Positions 37,587-51,953 are shown, numbered from the stretch's first letter. The stretch: DNA of 64,000 nucleotides from an uncultured delta proteobacterium (GCA_963727485.1 CAVSGM010000002.1:1088001-1152000), one strand, 5' to 3'. Numbers and translations: made by a program. The notes: generated by a model not told the origin, from the letters alone.

Positions 37587-38092
37587 TGCCTCCGAACCAG
37601 GGGGGCGGTGAGGTAGCCCCCGGCGAACACCGCCAGCATGAAGATCCAGGAGCCCAGGGAGAGCACCGCGCCGCCGGTGAGGGCCTGCCCCGAGGTGCAG
37701 CCGCGGGCGAAGCGGGCGGCGATGCCCATGAGCACCCCGCCGAGGAGCGCGAAGCCCAGGCGCTTGAGGGTGGAGTAGTTGGGGCCGTTCTGGACCCCGC
37801 GCTTCATCCGGCCGGCGGAGTAGGCGGCGACGAAGCCGCCGAGGAGCACGCCCAGCACCTCGTAGACCAGCCAGTCGTCGAGGACGTGCTTGCCCAGGCC
37901 CACGAAGCTCCCGAAGTAGCCGTTGGCCTGGGTGGCCGCCGGGGCCACCAGGTCCGCGGCGCCGATGGCCAGCCGGTTGGCCGCCCCCGAGGCGCCGAGG
38001 CCGAAGCCCATGATGAGGAAGCTCGCCAGGAGGACCAGGCCCAGCAAGAGCCCGGCGAGGTAGGGGTTCCACAGGGGTCGTTCGGTCTGCAT
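37577..38092 (-). CDS. YeeE/YedE thiosulfate-transporter family protein
   Basis: WNPYLAG, GLGASG, GGVLMGIAARFARGCTSG. Confidence 0.88.
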   Translation of the reverse strand: MQTERPLWNPYLAGLLLGLVLLASFLIMGFGLGASGAANRLAIGAADLVAPAATQANGYFGSFVGLGKHVLDDWLVYEVLGVLLGGFVAAYSAGRMKRGVQNGPNYSTLKRLGFALLGGVLMGIAARFARGCTSGQALTGGAVLSLGSWIFMLAVFAGGYLTAPLVRRQWR

Positions 38093-38102
38093 CGGATCGC
38101 TC

Positions 38103-39074
38103 CTAGTGGATGAGCATGCGGAAGGCGGTGGCCTGCCCGGCGGCGACCAGCACCGCCCGGAGGGCGTAGCCGCCCACCAGGACCAGGGCCGGGGTGAGGA
38201 CGGTGAAGCCCAGGCGGCGCCTGGCCTCGAGGAGCTCCATCACCAGGGGCACCGTGAGGCCGAGGATCACCACCAGGGCCCAGAAGGGCGCGGTGAAGGG
38301 GCCGCCGAGGACCTCGGCCGCGGCGAGGTGGCCGGCGGCGCCGGAGGTGGCGTAGCCGATGAGCAGCGCCCCCAGGAGGAAGAGCTCGACGGCGATGGCC
38401 ACCATGTCCCAGCGCACCAGCTGGTGGCGCTCGCCGGCCTCGAGGGGGAAGAGGAGCATGAACGCCGCGCCGGTGGAGATCCCCGAGGTGAGGAAGAGCG
38501 GCCCGAGGATGGCGCTGTTCCACTGGAAGCGGGCGCTGAGGGTGCCCAGCAGCAGCCCGGTGTAGGCCCCGAGCCCGGCGCCCACGAACACCGTCACCCA
38601 CAGCACCGGCCGGCGCCAGCGGTCGGCGAGCTTCAGGAGCCCGGCGACGATCCCGTGCTCGCCGCCGAGGTGCACCGTGAGCCACCGGCGCGCCTGCTCG
38701 GGGAGGGCGCCGAGGCCCTGGAGGAGCGCCGCCGGGTACATCAGCACCAGGATCCACGCGCCCCAGCTCATCGGCGAGGTCGGCCGGAAGGCGAAGTAGA
38801 ACCGGTAGACGTGGGCCTTGTGCTCCAGGTCGAGGAAGAGCGCCCCCATGCCCACCGAGAGCAGGACGATGGCGGCAAACGGCATGTAGCGGAGCGCCGG
38901 CGACTCGGGCTGCCGCTTGCGGGAGAGCTCCAGGGCCGCGGTGAGCACCGCGATCCCGGCGACCACCCCGCCGAGGAAGAGATAGACCGGCACCTGCCAG
39001 CCCCAGATGTGGAGGACCGGATCGACCAGGTGGTTGTGCCGGGTGAGGGCGACTTCGAGGTGCTGCGGGTTCAT
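38103..39074 (-). CDS. psrC: NrfD/PsrC-type membrane anchor
   Basis: WGWQVPVYLFLGG, LFLDL, SPMSWGAW, YTGLLL; about 8 TM. Confidence 0.88.
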   Translation of the reverse strand: MNPQHLEVALTRHNHLVDPVLHIWGWQVPVYLFLGGVVAGIAVLTAALELSRKRQPESPALRYMPFAAIVLLSVGMGALFLDLEHKAHVYRFYFAFRPTSPMSWGAWILVLMYPAALLQGLGALPEQARRWLTVHLGGEHGIVAGLLKLADRWRRPVLWVTVFVGAGLGAYTGLLLGTLSARFQWNSAILGPLFLTSGISTGAAFMLLFPLEAGERHQLVRWDMVAIAVELFLLGALLIGYATSGAAGHLAAAEVLGGPFTAPFWALVVILGLTVPLVMELLEARRRLGFTVLTPALVLVGGYALRAVLVAAGQATAFRMLIH

Positions 39075-39084
39075 GGTCGTCCCC

Positions 39085-39627
39085 CTACTCGAGGTAGAAG
39101 ACGTTGGGGTCGGTACCGGCCTCGGGGTGGAGCACGTGCCAGGTGCGGGTGGCGAGGAGCCTGGAGATCTCCGAGTGGGGATCGGCCCGATCGCCGAAGG
39201 TGATGGCCTGGGTGGGGCAGGCCTCGGCGCAGGCCGGGAGCTTGCCCTGCTTCACCCGGTGCAGGCAGAAGGTGCACTTGTCGGCGTAGCCGTCGGGGTG
39301 GATGTAGCGGGCGTCGTAGGGGCAGGCGGCCATGCAGGCCTTGCAGCCGGTGCACTCGTCGTGGTCGACGAGCACCACCCCGCCCTCGTCGTAGTGGCTG
39401 GCGCCGGTGGGGCAGGCCTCGACGCAGGGGGCCTCCGAGCACTGGTTGCAGCGCTCCGAGAGGTTCAGGGCGTGGAGCACCGGGAAGGTCCCCCAGACCC
39501 GCTCCTCGAGCCAGGTCCGGGCGAAGCCCAGCGGTACCCCGTTCTCGGCCTGACAGGCGACCACACAGGCCTTGCAGGCGACGCAGGCGCGGGTGTCGAC
39601 GGCCATGGCGTATCGCTTCGCGGTCAT
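39085..39627 (-). CDS. psrB: 4Fe-4S dicluster electron-transfer subunit (PsrB/NrfC-like)
   Basis: CVACKACVVAC, CNQCSEAPCVEACP, CTGCKACMAACP, KCTFC...PACAEACP. Confidence 0.92.
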   Translation of the reverse strand: MTAKRYAMAVDTRACVACKACVVACQAENGVPLGFARTWLEERVWGTFPVLHALNLSERCNQCSEAPCVEACPTGASHYDEGGVVLVDHDECTGCKACMAACPYDARYIHPDGYADKCTFCLHRVKQGKLPACAEACPTQAITFGDRADPHSEISRLLATRTWHVLHPEAGTDPNVFYLE

Positions 39628-41843
39628 GCCTGCCACCTCTCGATGCGGACGAAGTTCACGCGCATCCCGGTGCCCCCCATGACAGGGTCGATGGCGACCT
39701 TGCTCACGAGGTGCTGGTCATCGGCGCCTCGGCCGTGGGTGAAGCCGAGGTAGCGGCTGGTGTGGCCGTAGCCGTGCACCAGGAACACGCAGTCGGGGCG
39801 GATGCGCTCGGTGACCTTGAGGCGCACCTTGCTGCTCTTGACCCCGTCCTGGTTGACGAGGCGCACCCACTGCCCGTGCTTCAGGCCCTTCTCCTTGGCG
39901 GCCTGGGCGTTGAGCCACACCTGGTTCTGGTCGTAGATCTGGCCGAGCACCCGGTTGTTGGTGGTGCGCCCGAAGGTCTGGGTGGGCGTGCGGCCGTAGA
40001 GGAGGCGGAAGGTCCCCTCGGGGGGCTCGGGCACCGGCCGGTAGACGGGCATGGGGTCGAGGCCGAGGTCGGCCAGGGCCTTGGAGTAGAGCTCGATCTT
40101 CTTCGACGGGGTGTTGAAGCTGGGCTCGATGCCGTCCTCGATGGTGGTGGGCTGGTCCGCTCCCACGTGGACGCCGGTGCGGAAGACCTCCTCGGCGTCG
40201 AAGCCGCCGGCCTTCAGCCGCTCGGTGACCATCTGCCTGGCGTCGTCCCAGGGGAAGTACTTCTCGAGGCCCAGGCGCCTCGCCAGCCCCTTGGCGATCC
40301 ACCACCCGGGCTTGGAGTCGTAGAGGGGCGGCACCACCTCCTGGCGCACCGCGAGGAAGGGCTTCTTGAAGCCGATGTTGGCGAGGTCGTCGGTGCGCTC
40401 GAGGTAGGTGGCCTCGGGGAGGACCACGTCGGCCCAGCCGGTGATCTCCGCGGGGAGCACGTCGATGGCCACCAGCAGATCCAGGTGCTGGATGGCCTCG
40501 AGGGTCTTCTCGGGCTCGGGGAGCGACTGGATGAGGTTGGTGCCGTAGACCAGCCACCCCTTCACGTCGTAGGCGGCGGTGCCGGGGATGGCGGCGTCGC
40601 GGATCCCGTGGGCCAGAGGCTCGTCGGCGAAGGGGAAGACCTTGCCCTTGGGGGTGTCCGGCGGCCGCCGCGGCGCGTGCTCGAAGGGCGGCAGGGGGTA
40701 GCTGGGCACCTTGAGCTTGGCCGGGTAGTAGAGCCCGCCCCTGGCGCCCCAGCTCCCGAGCAGCGCCGAGAGCATGGCCATGGCCCGGGCGCGCTGGGTG
40801 TCGTTGCCGTACCAGGCGGTGTGGCGCCCCGGGTGGATGAGCGAGGCCGGCCTCGCCCCGGCGATGAACCGCGCGGTCTCCCGGATGAGCGCCGGCTCGA
40901 GGGTGGTCTGGGTGAAGGCCCACTCGGGGGTCTTGTCGGCGAGGTGCTTCTCGAGCGCGTCGAAGCCGGTGGCGTACTTCGCCACGTAGTCGGCGTCGTA
41001 GAGCTTCTCCTTCACGATGACGTGCATCCACGCCAGGAGCAGGGCGATGTCGGTGCCCGGCTTGATGGGCAGCCAGTAGCGCGCCTTGCCGGCGGCGGTG
41101 GAGTAGCGGGGGTCGACGACCACCAGCTCGGCGCCGCGCTTGAGGGCGGTGGCGAGCTCCTGCACCTGGGTGTTGTGCATGTTCTCGCCCAGGTGGGTGC
41201 CGATGAGGGTGATGACCCTCGCGTTCTCCAGGTCGGTGCGCTCGGGGGAGCCGATGGTCTCGCCGTAGGTCAGGGCGTAGCCGGCGCTCCTAGCCCCGCG
41301 GCACTGGGCGAAGCTCGGGGCCCCCTCGGTCTCGGACCCGTAGGCGTGGAAGAGGGTCTTGAAGGGCCAGCCGCCGAAGCCGTGGGCGAACAGGCCCATG
41401 GCCTCGGGCCCGTGCTTCGCCTTGATGGCCTTCATCTTGTCGGCGATGAAGTCGAGGGCCTCGTCCCAGCTCACCTCCTTGAACACCTGCTTGCCCCGGT
41501 CGCCGACCCGCAGCAGCGGGGTCTTGAGGCGGTCGGGGTCGTAGAGCAGCCCGGTGCCTGCCAGGCCCCGGGGGCAGAGGTGCCCGTTGGACAGGGGGTG
41601 GGCGGGGTTGCCGGAGATCTTCACCACCTTCCCGTCCTTCACGTGCGCCAGGATCCCGCACTTCCAGAAGCACATCTCGCAGAAGGTCGGGACCACCTTG
41701 TCGGCGCCGCTCGCCGCCGCCTGGGCGACCGCCGGGTCCTGCTCGGCGCTGGCCCAGGCCCACTTGAACAGGCCGCCGCCGGCGGCGATGCCACCGGTGG
41801 CCGCGGCGCCAATCTTGATGAACTGCCTTCGGGTGATGGCCAT
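39624..41843 (-). CDS. psrA: Tat-exported molybdopterin oxidoreductase, polysulfide/thiosulfate reductase (PsrA/PhsA) type
   Basis: TRRQFIK Tat motif; CEMCFWKC...CPRG FeS site; PSFAQCRG (Mo-Cys region); HLGENMHNT; DVVLPEATYLER. Confidence 0.85.
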   Translation of the reverse strand: MAITRRQFIKIGAAATGGIAAGGGLFKWAWASAEQDPAVAQAAASGADKVVPTFCEMCFWKCGILAHVKDGKVVKISGNPAHPLSNGHLCPRGLAGTGLLYDPDRLKTPLLRVGDRGKQVFKEVSWDEALDFIADKMKAIKAKHGPEAMGLFAHGFGGWPFKTLFHAYGSETEGAPSFAQCRGARSAGYALTYGETIGSPERTDLENARVITLIGTHLGENMHNTQVQELATALKRGAELVVVDPRYSTAAGKARYWLPIKPGTDIALLLAWMHVIVKEKLYDADYVAKYATGFDALEKHLADKTPEWAFTQTTLEPALIRETARFIAGARPASLIHPGRHTAWYGNDTQRARAMAMLSALLGSWGARGGLYYPAKLKVPSYPLPPFEHAPRRPPDTPKGKVFPFADEPLAHGIRDAAIPGTAAYDVKGWLVYGTNLIQSLPEPEKTLEAIQHLDLLVAIDVLPAEITGWADVVLPEATYLERTDDLANIGFKKPFLAVRQEVVPPLYDSKPGWWIAKGLARRLGLEKYFPWDDARQMVTERLKAGGFDAEEVFRTGVHVGADQPTTIEDGIEPSFNTPSKKIELYSKALADLGLDPMPVYRPVPEPPEGTFRLLYGRTPTQTFGRTTNNRVLGQIYDQNQVWLNAQAAKEKGLKHGQWVRLVNQDGVKSSKVRLKVTERIRPDCVFLVHGYGHTSRYLGFTHGRGADDQHLVSKVAIDPVMGGTGMRVNFVRIERWQA

Positions 41844-41891
41844 CTTCGCCCTCCGTGCCGCCGGGGGGTGGCGGCTGCCAGGGAGGGCTAG

Positions 41892-42007
41892 ACCACGAAT
41901 CGTGCCAAGGGCCCGGTGCACGAATCTCGCGGCTACCGTGCGTCTCGCGGGCCGGCGGAGCCAGGTGTTGAAACATCGCGTCTCAACACCTGCGACACCG
42001 TGTCGCA
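41892..42007 (-). promoter_or_regulatory. Putative sigma54 promoter (TGGCACG-N4-GTGGT) with upstream palindromic enhancer sites
   Basis: TGGCACG at 41907-41901 with a non-canonical -12; inverted repeats 41962-41974/41980-41992 and TGCGACAC-C-GTGTCGCA 41991-42007. Confidence 0.55.
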
Positions 42008-42032
42008 AACCCTGCCCTGGGCCACGAGCCGC

Positions 42033-43853
42033 CTACCTCGGTGGGACCTGGACCCACCGGGCGCCCCGGAAGCGGCAGGCCGTCCGCCCCGAGGCCAGGC
42101 GCCGGAGGCTCCCCGCGAAGTCCCGGTAGACGGCGCTGGTCCGCCCGTCGTGGCAGGGCAGGCAGGCGCCGACCCGGAGCACCTTCCACTGCTCGGTGGC
42201 GTCGAGGCTCCGGGCCCCGACCCGGGTCCCCTGGCCGGGCACCTTCGGGTAGACGGTGGTCCACCCGTCGCCGGCGATGCCGCCGGCCGCCGGGGCGTCG
42301 GGGACGAAGCGCACCCCCCGGGCGTCGAGGGTGAGCCGGCCGGTCCCCAGGCCCAGGGCCCAGGCCGACCGGTGGCAGCCGGCGCAGGGGCGGCCGGCGC
42401 CCTGGGTGGTGTGGGGGTCGAGGGGCGCGAAGCGGCGCACCCGGCGCTTCGGGCCCCCGGCGGCCCGGGCGTCGAGGTCCAGGATCATCCCCGGGACCAT
42501 GGGCACGATCCGCCCGGCGGCGTCGACGCCGAGGACCGGGGGCGCGGTGTCGAAGCCCCGGTCGTGCTCCTCCCAGGCGCCGGGCGCGGGCCCACCGGCG
42601 GCGAAGTCCCACTGGCGGCCCTTCGGGTCGTAGCCGGTGTGGCAGGTGGTGCAGGTGGGCGCCCAGGTGGCGTGGCAGGTCACGCAGGCGAGGCGCTGGT
42701 GGCCCGCCAGGGTGTGGGCCGCGTCGCCCGGGGTCGCCGGCGAGGGCAGCGGCGCGCCCCCGGCCTTGGGCCAGAGGACCCAGGGGGCGCCGCCGGCGGT
42801 CCCCGCCGGACGCAGGTTCCACACCGGCGTCCCCCGGCGCCCGGTCCGCACCGCCTCGCCGGCCGGCCGGGTCTGCCCCCGGAGCCGGAGGATCGCCCGG
42901 GTCACCGGGTCCTGCACCGTGGCCCAGGTGGTCGTCGTGGGCGTCCCCGCCTTGGGGTGGCAGGCGGTGCAGGTGAGCTCCACCTGGGCCTGCTCGTGGG
43001 CGTAGCGCGTCCCGTCGCCCATCAGCTCGGTGTGGAGGTGGCAGTCGACACACTGCATCCCCGCCCGCTGGTGGACGTCGGCGGGGCGGCGGCAGGCGAC
43101 GCGGCCGTCCGGGAGGGTCACCCGGGCGGTGCAGGCGGCGAGGGCGGGGCCCTTCACCTCGGCGAGGCCCTGGTAGGAGAGGCTGATGCGCCCGCTGCGG
43201 CTGTGGCAGCCCAGGCAGCGGTCGCTGGGGATCCGGCTGTCCACGGTGGGGTGGTGGCCCGGGCGGGCGGGTCCGGCGTGGCAGGCGGCGCAGCCGCTCC
43301 CGCCGTCGACCGCGTCGTCGCGGTTCTCCCGGGTGGCCGAGAGGTGGCAGCCGGCGCACAGCCTCCGCAGGTGGTCCTCGGCGGGGCTGGGGTGGCGCCT
43401 GGCCAGGAGCGCCGGGAGGGTCTCCTGGGTGTCCGGGGTCTTCAGCTCCCCGAACACGAAGCGATCGACGCCGATGATCCCCCGGCCGGCGGTCATCAGG
43501 GTGGTGGCCACCGTCGCCGCCTCGCCAGGGTGGCAGCCGGCCTGGCCGCAGGTGCGGGAGACGGTCCGCAGGGCCCCGGGCTCGGGCTCCATCCCCGCGT
43601 GGGCCCGGGCCTTGGTGAAGGCCAGGGGGTCGCCGAGGTGGCAGCTCGAGCACCCCAGGGCCACCGCCGCGTGGGCGCCGCCGGGGTCGTCCTGCGAGCG
43701 GTCGTGGCACAGGAGGCAGCGCTCCACCCGGCCCCGGGCCGTCGCGGACCCGGCGCCCACCTCGGCGGCCCGGTGGTGCTCCCGGAGCACCGCCACCGTG
43801 ACGGCGACCCCCAGGGCGACGGCGACCGCCGCCAGGATGCGAGCCCGGTGCAT
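42033..43853 (-). CDS. Membrane-anchored multiheme cytochrome c (11 CXXCH + 1 CX4CH)
   Basis: CLLCH, CSSCH, CGQAGCH, CAGCH, CAACH, CLGCH, CVDCH, CTACH, CVTCH, CTTCH, CAGCH, CLPCH; N-terminal hydrophobic anchor. Confidence 0.9.
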   Translation of the reverse strand: MHRARILAAVAVALGVAVTVAVLREHHRAAEVGAGSATARGRVERCLLCHDRSQDDPGGAHAAVALGCSSCHLGDPLAFTKARAHAGMEPEPGALRTVSRTCGQAGCHPGEAATVATTLMTAGRGIIGVDRFVFGELKTPDTQETLPALLARRHPSPAEDHLRRLCAGCHLSATRENRDDAVDGGSGCAACHAGPARPGHHPTVDSRIPSDRCLGCHSRSGRISLSYQGLAEVKGPALAACTARVTLPDGRVACRRPADVHQRAGMQCVDCHLHTELMGDGTRYAHEQAQVELTCTACHPKAGTPTTTTWATVQDPVTRAILRLRGQTRPAGEAVRTGRRGTPVWNLRPAGTAGGAPWVLWPKAGGAPLPSPATPGDAAHTLAGHQRLACVTCHATWAPTCTTCHTGYDPKGRQWDFAAGGPAPGAWEEHDRGFDTAPPVLGVDAAGRIVPMVPGMILDLDARAAGGPKRRVRRFAPLDPHTTQGAGRPCAGCHRSAWALGLGTGRLTLDARGVRFVPDAPAAGGIAGDGWTTVYPKVPGQGTRVGARSLDATEQWKVLRVGACLPCHDGRTSAVYRDFAGSLRRLASGRTACRFRGARWVQVPPR

Positions 43854-44725
43854 CAGCCCTTCGTAGCCAGGAGCAGGGCAAAGGTGAAGCCGGTCCAGGC
43901 GACCAGGCTCGCCGAGAGGACGGTGAGGGCCCCGCGCCGGGCCCGGCCCTCGAGGTGGCGCGCCGCCCCCAGCGCCCCGAGCGCCACCCCCGGGAGGACC
44001 CACGCCGCCGCCCGCGGGAGCCAGAGGAGCGCCCCCTGGAGGCCCATCAGGTACCAGGGCCCGAGGAGGAGGCCCTGGGCCGGGGCGGTGGCGGGCCCGA
44101 GCGGCAGGGGCACCACCGCGGCGAGGAGGAGCACCGCGGTGGCGCCGAGGACGGTGGCCACGGTGTCGGGCCACACCCGGCGGCCGTGCTCGATGGCGCC
44201 GATCCAGAGGAGCACGGTGAAGGTCCCGGCGTGGTGGGCGAGGACGGTGCCGAGGTCGCCGGGGCGGGCCCCGAGGAGGAGCCGGGCCAGGAGCCCGCCG
44301 GCCAGGGGCAGGTCGTGGAGCAGGCCGCGCCAGACCTGGTGGGCGGCGACGGCGTCGGCGTCGCCCCGGAGGACGAAGCCCCCGAGGAGGGCGCCGAGGA
44401 GCACCGGAAAGAGGAGCACCGAGCGCCACCAGACCCCGGGCTTCAGGCGCCGCTCCAGGCGGTACCACAGGGACTCGGCGACGTGGGCGCCGGTGGCCAG
44501 GAGGAGCAGGAGCCCGGCGTAGCCGTGGATCGCCCGGAGGAGCCAGGCGTAGGGGACGCCGGCCTCGAGGGCCTCCACGTCGGCGAGGGCGTGACCGGGG
44601 CTGTAGAAGGCGGCGACGGCGACGCCGCTGGCGACCTCCACGGCCAGGAGTCCGAGGGCGAGGCGCCCGAAGATCCGGGGGCGGGGGCGCGGGCCGGCCC
44701 GGGCGCCGGGGGCGCCCTCAGCCAT
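43853..44725 (-). CDS. Compact cytochrome b (b/b6-like)
   Basis: [20 protein letters not shown]...H, GFVLRGD, HHAG...[10 protein letters not shown]. Confidence 0.82.
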   Translation of the reverse strand: MAEGAPGARAGPRPRPRIFGRLALGLLAVEVASGVAVAAFYSPGHALADVEALEAGVPYAWLLRAIHGYAGLLLLLATGAHVAESLWYRLERRLKPGVWWRSVLLFPVLLGALLGGFVLRGDADAVAAHQVWRGLLHDLPLAGGLLARLLLGARPGDLGTVLAHHAGTFTVLLWIGAIEHGRRVWPDTVATVLGATAVLLLAAVVPLPLGPATAPAQGLLLGPWYLMGLQGALLWLPRAAAWVLPGVALGALGAARHLEGRARRGALTVLSASLVAWTGFTFALLLATKG

Positions 44726-45188
44726 CGGCGGCTCCGCCCACCTCGACGACCCACCGGTCGCCCCGCCGCCGGGCCTTCAGACGCGGGAGGGGGCGCGTCG
44801 CCGGGCCGGCGACGGGGCGGCCGGTGTCGTCGTAGCGGCTGCCGTGGCAGTGGCAGGCGAAGCCACGCTCGGTGCGGGAGACCGGGCACCCGAGGTGGGT
44901 GCACGTGAGGCGCAGGACCTCGGGGCCGGCGGCGCCGGCGCGGACGAAGAGGTCACCGACGACGACGCCCCCGGCGGCCCGGGCGCGGCCGAGGAGCGCC
45001 GCGTCGAGGGTCACCTCCCGGCCGGGCGGCGAGAGGGCGGCGAGGGCCCGGAGGACCGGGAGGCCGGCGGCCAGGGCCACGGCGCCGCCGCCGACCCGCC
45101 AGGCACCGGCGAGGAGCCGGCGGCGGGTGGTGCGCCTCGCCAGGAGGGCGCGGAGGGGATGGGTCGCGGGGGAGTCGGGGCTCGCCAT
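44718..45188 (-). CDS. Rieske 2Fe-2S protein
   Basis: CTHLGC and CHCHGSRY boxes, GPATRPL; TRRRLL Tat-like motif; GGAGG RBS. Confidence 0.9.
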   Translation of the reverse strand: MASPDSPATHPLRALLARRTTRRRLLAGAWRVGGGAVALAAGLPVLRALAALSPPGREVTLDAALLGRARAAGGVVVGDLFVRAGAAGPEVLRLTCTHLGCPVSRTERGFACHCHGSRYDDTGRPVAGPATRPLPRLKARRRGDRWVVEVGGAADG

Positions 45189-45240
45189 GGGCGCCTCCTG
45201 CTCCTGATTCAAAGCAAGGGGCGCGCCAGGACTGCGCGCC

Positions 45241-45645
45241 CTAGTCCGGGAGCGGCGGCGCGGTCTCGCCGGCGACCATCCGGGGCACCGCCTCGCGGAT
45301 CCAGTGGAGGTCCCAGGGCTTGGGCACGTAGGCCCACAGCAGGCCCTCCTCGAGGGCCCCGGTGAGCGCCTCGTCGAGGACGCCGCCGGAGAGGATGAGC
45401 ACCGGCAGGTCCGGGTGCCGATCCCGGAGCCGCCGGGCCAGCTCCACCCCCCCCACGTGGGGCATCATGTAGTCGAGGATGGCCCCGTCGGGGACCTCGC
45501 CGGCGGCGTCGAGGCGGCCGAGGGCCTCGTCGGCGCCGCCGGCCTCGATCACCTGGAAGCCCAGGTGCTTGAGGATCCGCCGCAGGGCCGAGCGGATGGC
45601 TGGCTCGTCGTCGACGATGAGGATCATGGGGTTCTCGGCGCTCAC
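45241..45645 (-). CDS. Single-domain response regulator
   Basis: ILIVDDE, LDYMMP, ILSG, KPW. Confidence 0.9.
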   Translation of the reverse strand: MSAENPMILIVDDEPAIRSALRRILKHLGFQVIEAGGADEALGRLDAAGEVPDGAILDYMMPHVGGVELARRLRDRHPDLPVLILSGGVLDEALTGALEEGLLWAYVPKPWDLHWIREAVPRMVAGETAPPLPD

Positions 45646-45745
45646 GGCGCGCCCCTTCCGATGCCGCCCGAGGGCCTCCCCGGGGGCGTCATCCCTCCCA
45701 TCGGTCGGGGGGCCGGAGCCTTGAGGGGCGCCGTGCGTTTCTCCC

Positions 45746-46588
45746 TCATGCCGGGGCGACCTCGGCGATCCCGTGGCGGAGGACCACCTCGTCCCGGTCG
45801 GCGTCGACCACCTCGAAGCGGGCCTCGCCGGCGCCCAGCGCCCACACCCGGGTCACCAGGGTGTCCCCGGGGAAGACCACCCCGGAGAAGCGGGCGGAGA
45901 GGGCCTTCAGGCGCGCCGGGTCGTCGCCGGCGACGGCGCGGAGGACGGCGCGGCCGGCGAAGCCGTAGGTGCACAGCCCGTGGAGGATGGGTCGCTCGAA
46001 GCCGGCGAAGCGGGCGAAGGCCGGGTCGGCGTGGAGGGGGTTGCGGTCCCCGAGGAGGCGGTAGAGGAGGGCCTGCTGGGGGAGGGTCCGCCAGGAGATC
46101 TCGGCGTCGGGGGCCCGGTCCGGCGGCTCGGGGGGCTCGGTCTTCGGGCCCCGCTCGCCGCCAAAGCCCCCCTCGCCCCGGAAGAAGGCGGTGAAGGTGT
46201 TGGAGAAGAGCGGGCCCTTGGCGTCGCTGCTCTCGGCCTCGACCACCACCGTGGCGCCCTTGCCCTTGTCCCAGATGGCGGCGACCTTCGACCGGGTGGT
46301 CACGGTGCCCTCGGCGGGGATGGGGCGGTGGAGGCGGATGGCGTGCTCCCCATGGAGGAGCTTCGAGAGGTCGGACTCGACCACGTTGGCCACCCCGAGG
46401 ACGGCATTGAGGCCCGGGACCACCGCGAAGGTGGGCAGGACCTTCTGGCCGTTCTCGTAGCAGTACTTCAGGTCCTCGGGGGCGCCGCCGGCGCCCACCG
46501 CGAGGGCGTAGAGGATGGCGTCCCGGGCGGTCCAGGTGTGGGGGACCTCGGGGAGCTCGGTGCCGACCTTGGCGGGGTCGAGGGGCAT
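45746..46588 (-). CDS. MaoC-type double-hotdog (R)-enoyl-CoA hydratase
   Basis: DAILYALAVG, LLHGEH, LYRLLGDRNPLHADP, PILHGLCT. Confidence 0.9.
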   Translation of the reverse strand: MPLDPAKVGTELPEVPHTWTARDAILYALAVGAGGAPEDLKYCYENGQKVLPTFAVVPGLNAVLGVANVVESDLSKLLHGEHAIRLHRPIPAEGTVTTRSKVAAIWDKGKGATVVVEAESSDAKGPLFSNTFTAFFRGEGGFGGERGPKTEPPEPPDRAPDAEISWRTLPQQALLYRLLGDRNPLHADPAFARFAGFERPILHGLCTYGFAGRAVLRAVAGDDPARLKALSARFSGVVFPGDTLVTRVWALGAGEARFEVVDADRDEVVLRHGIAEVAPA

Positions 46589-46641
46589 GACAGGCCTCCG
46601 GGCGGGGGGTCTCTGGGTACCACTTCCGGGCGCCCGGGCAA

Positions 46642-46683
46642 ATCTACTCACGAGTTGACAGGTATCTACTCGGGAGTAGATAC
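46642..46683. promoter_or_regulatory. Tandem TetR-type operators overlapping the promoter (TTGACA 46655)
   Basis: Perfect palindrome GTATCTACTC-GG-GAGTAGATAC (46662-46683) plus degenerate copy ATCTACTC-AC-GAGTTGAC (46642-46659) between divergent genes. Confidence 0.75.
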
Positions 46684-46691
46684 TCCCGCCC

Positions 46692-47320
46692 ATGGCACGG
46701 CCACGCACCGGCGTCGACGACATCGCCACCCGGGAGCGCCTCCTCGCGGCGGCGGAGCTCGCCTTCGGCGCGGAGGGGTTCCACGGGGCCCGCCTCGAGG
46801 ACATCGCCCAGGCCGCGGGGATCCGCCGGCCCTCGCTGCTCTACCACTTCAAGACCAAGGAGGCCCTCTACGCGGCGGTGGTCCGCCGGGCCTTCTCCCA
46901 CCTCGGCGCCGCCCTCACCTCGGCGATGGGCACCCCCGGCGCCTTCCTCGACCAGGCGGACCGGATGGTGGTGGCCTTCGACGTCTTCCTCGCCGAGCAC
47001 CCGGGGGTGGCGCCGATCATCCTCCGGGAGCTGATGGAGGGCCGGGGGCCCGGGCAGCAAATCCTCCTCGACGAGGTGCTGCCGCTGCTGGCCGCCACCG
47101 AGACCTTCGTCCGCACCCAGGGCCAGGTGGCCCCCGGGGTGCCGGTGCGCGCCGCCCTGGTCCAGATCACCAGCGCCATGATCCTCGCCGCCGCCGCCGG
47201 CGAGCGCACCTCCGCCCTCTTCGGCGACCCGGTGCAGGACACCAAGCTGCTCGTCCGCACGCTCTTTCTCTCTTCGGCCCCGAAGCGGGCCGCGGGGGCC
47301 ACCGGCCCCGAGGAGGCTGC

Positions 47321-47324
<4 letters not shown>
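46692..47324 (+). CDS. TetR-family regulator
   Basis: TRERLLAAA..F...GF.GARLEDIA..AG...SLLYHFKTKEAL. Confidence 0.92.
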
Positions 47325-48481
<1,157 letters not shown>

Positions 48482-48515
48482 GCCGGCGGCCGCGGGGGGT
48501 ACCGGCGGGGCGGGC

Positions 48516-51696
<3,181 letters not shown>

Positions 51697-51953
51697 GCTG
51701 TGAGTCCTCCTGGGTGGGGAGGCGAATGAAGCCCGCCCATGCACCCGGGGATGTGCGGCGGCCGATGAATCAGGCGCCGCGCTGCGAGGTCGCGTACTGG
51801 AAGCCCCGGAACCCGCGATGGAACCTTCTTGAAACTACGGTCCCGGGGTCGAGTGTCGAGGGGCCCCCGTCACCGGGGAGTGCCCGCTTGGCACGTCGAG
51901 ATCGTCCCTATCAGCAAACCGGTGGGGGCGCAACACATTCCCCCTGCCCGGGC

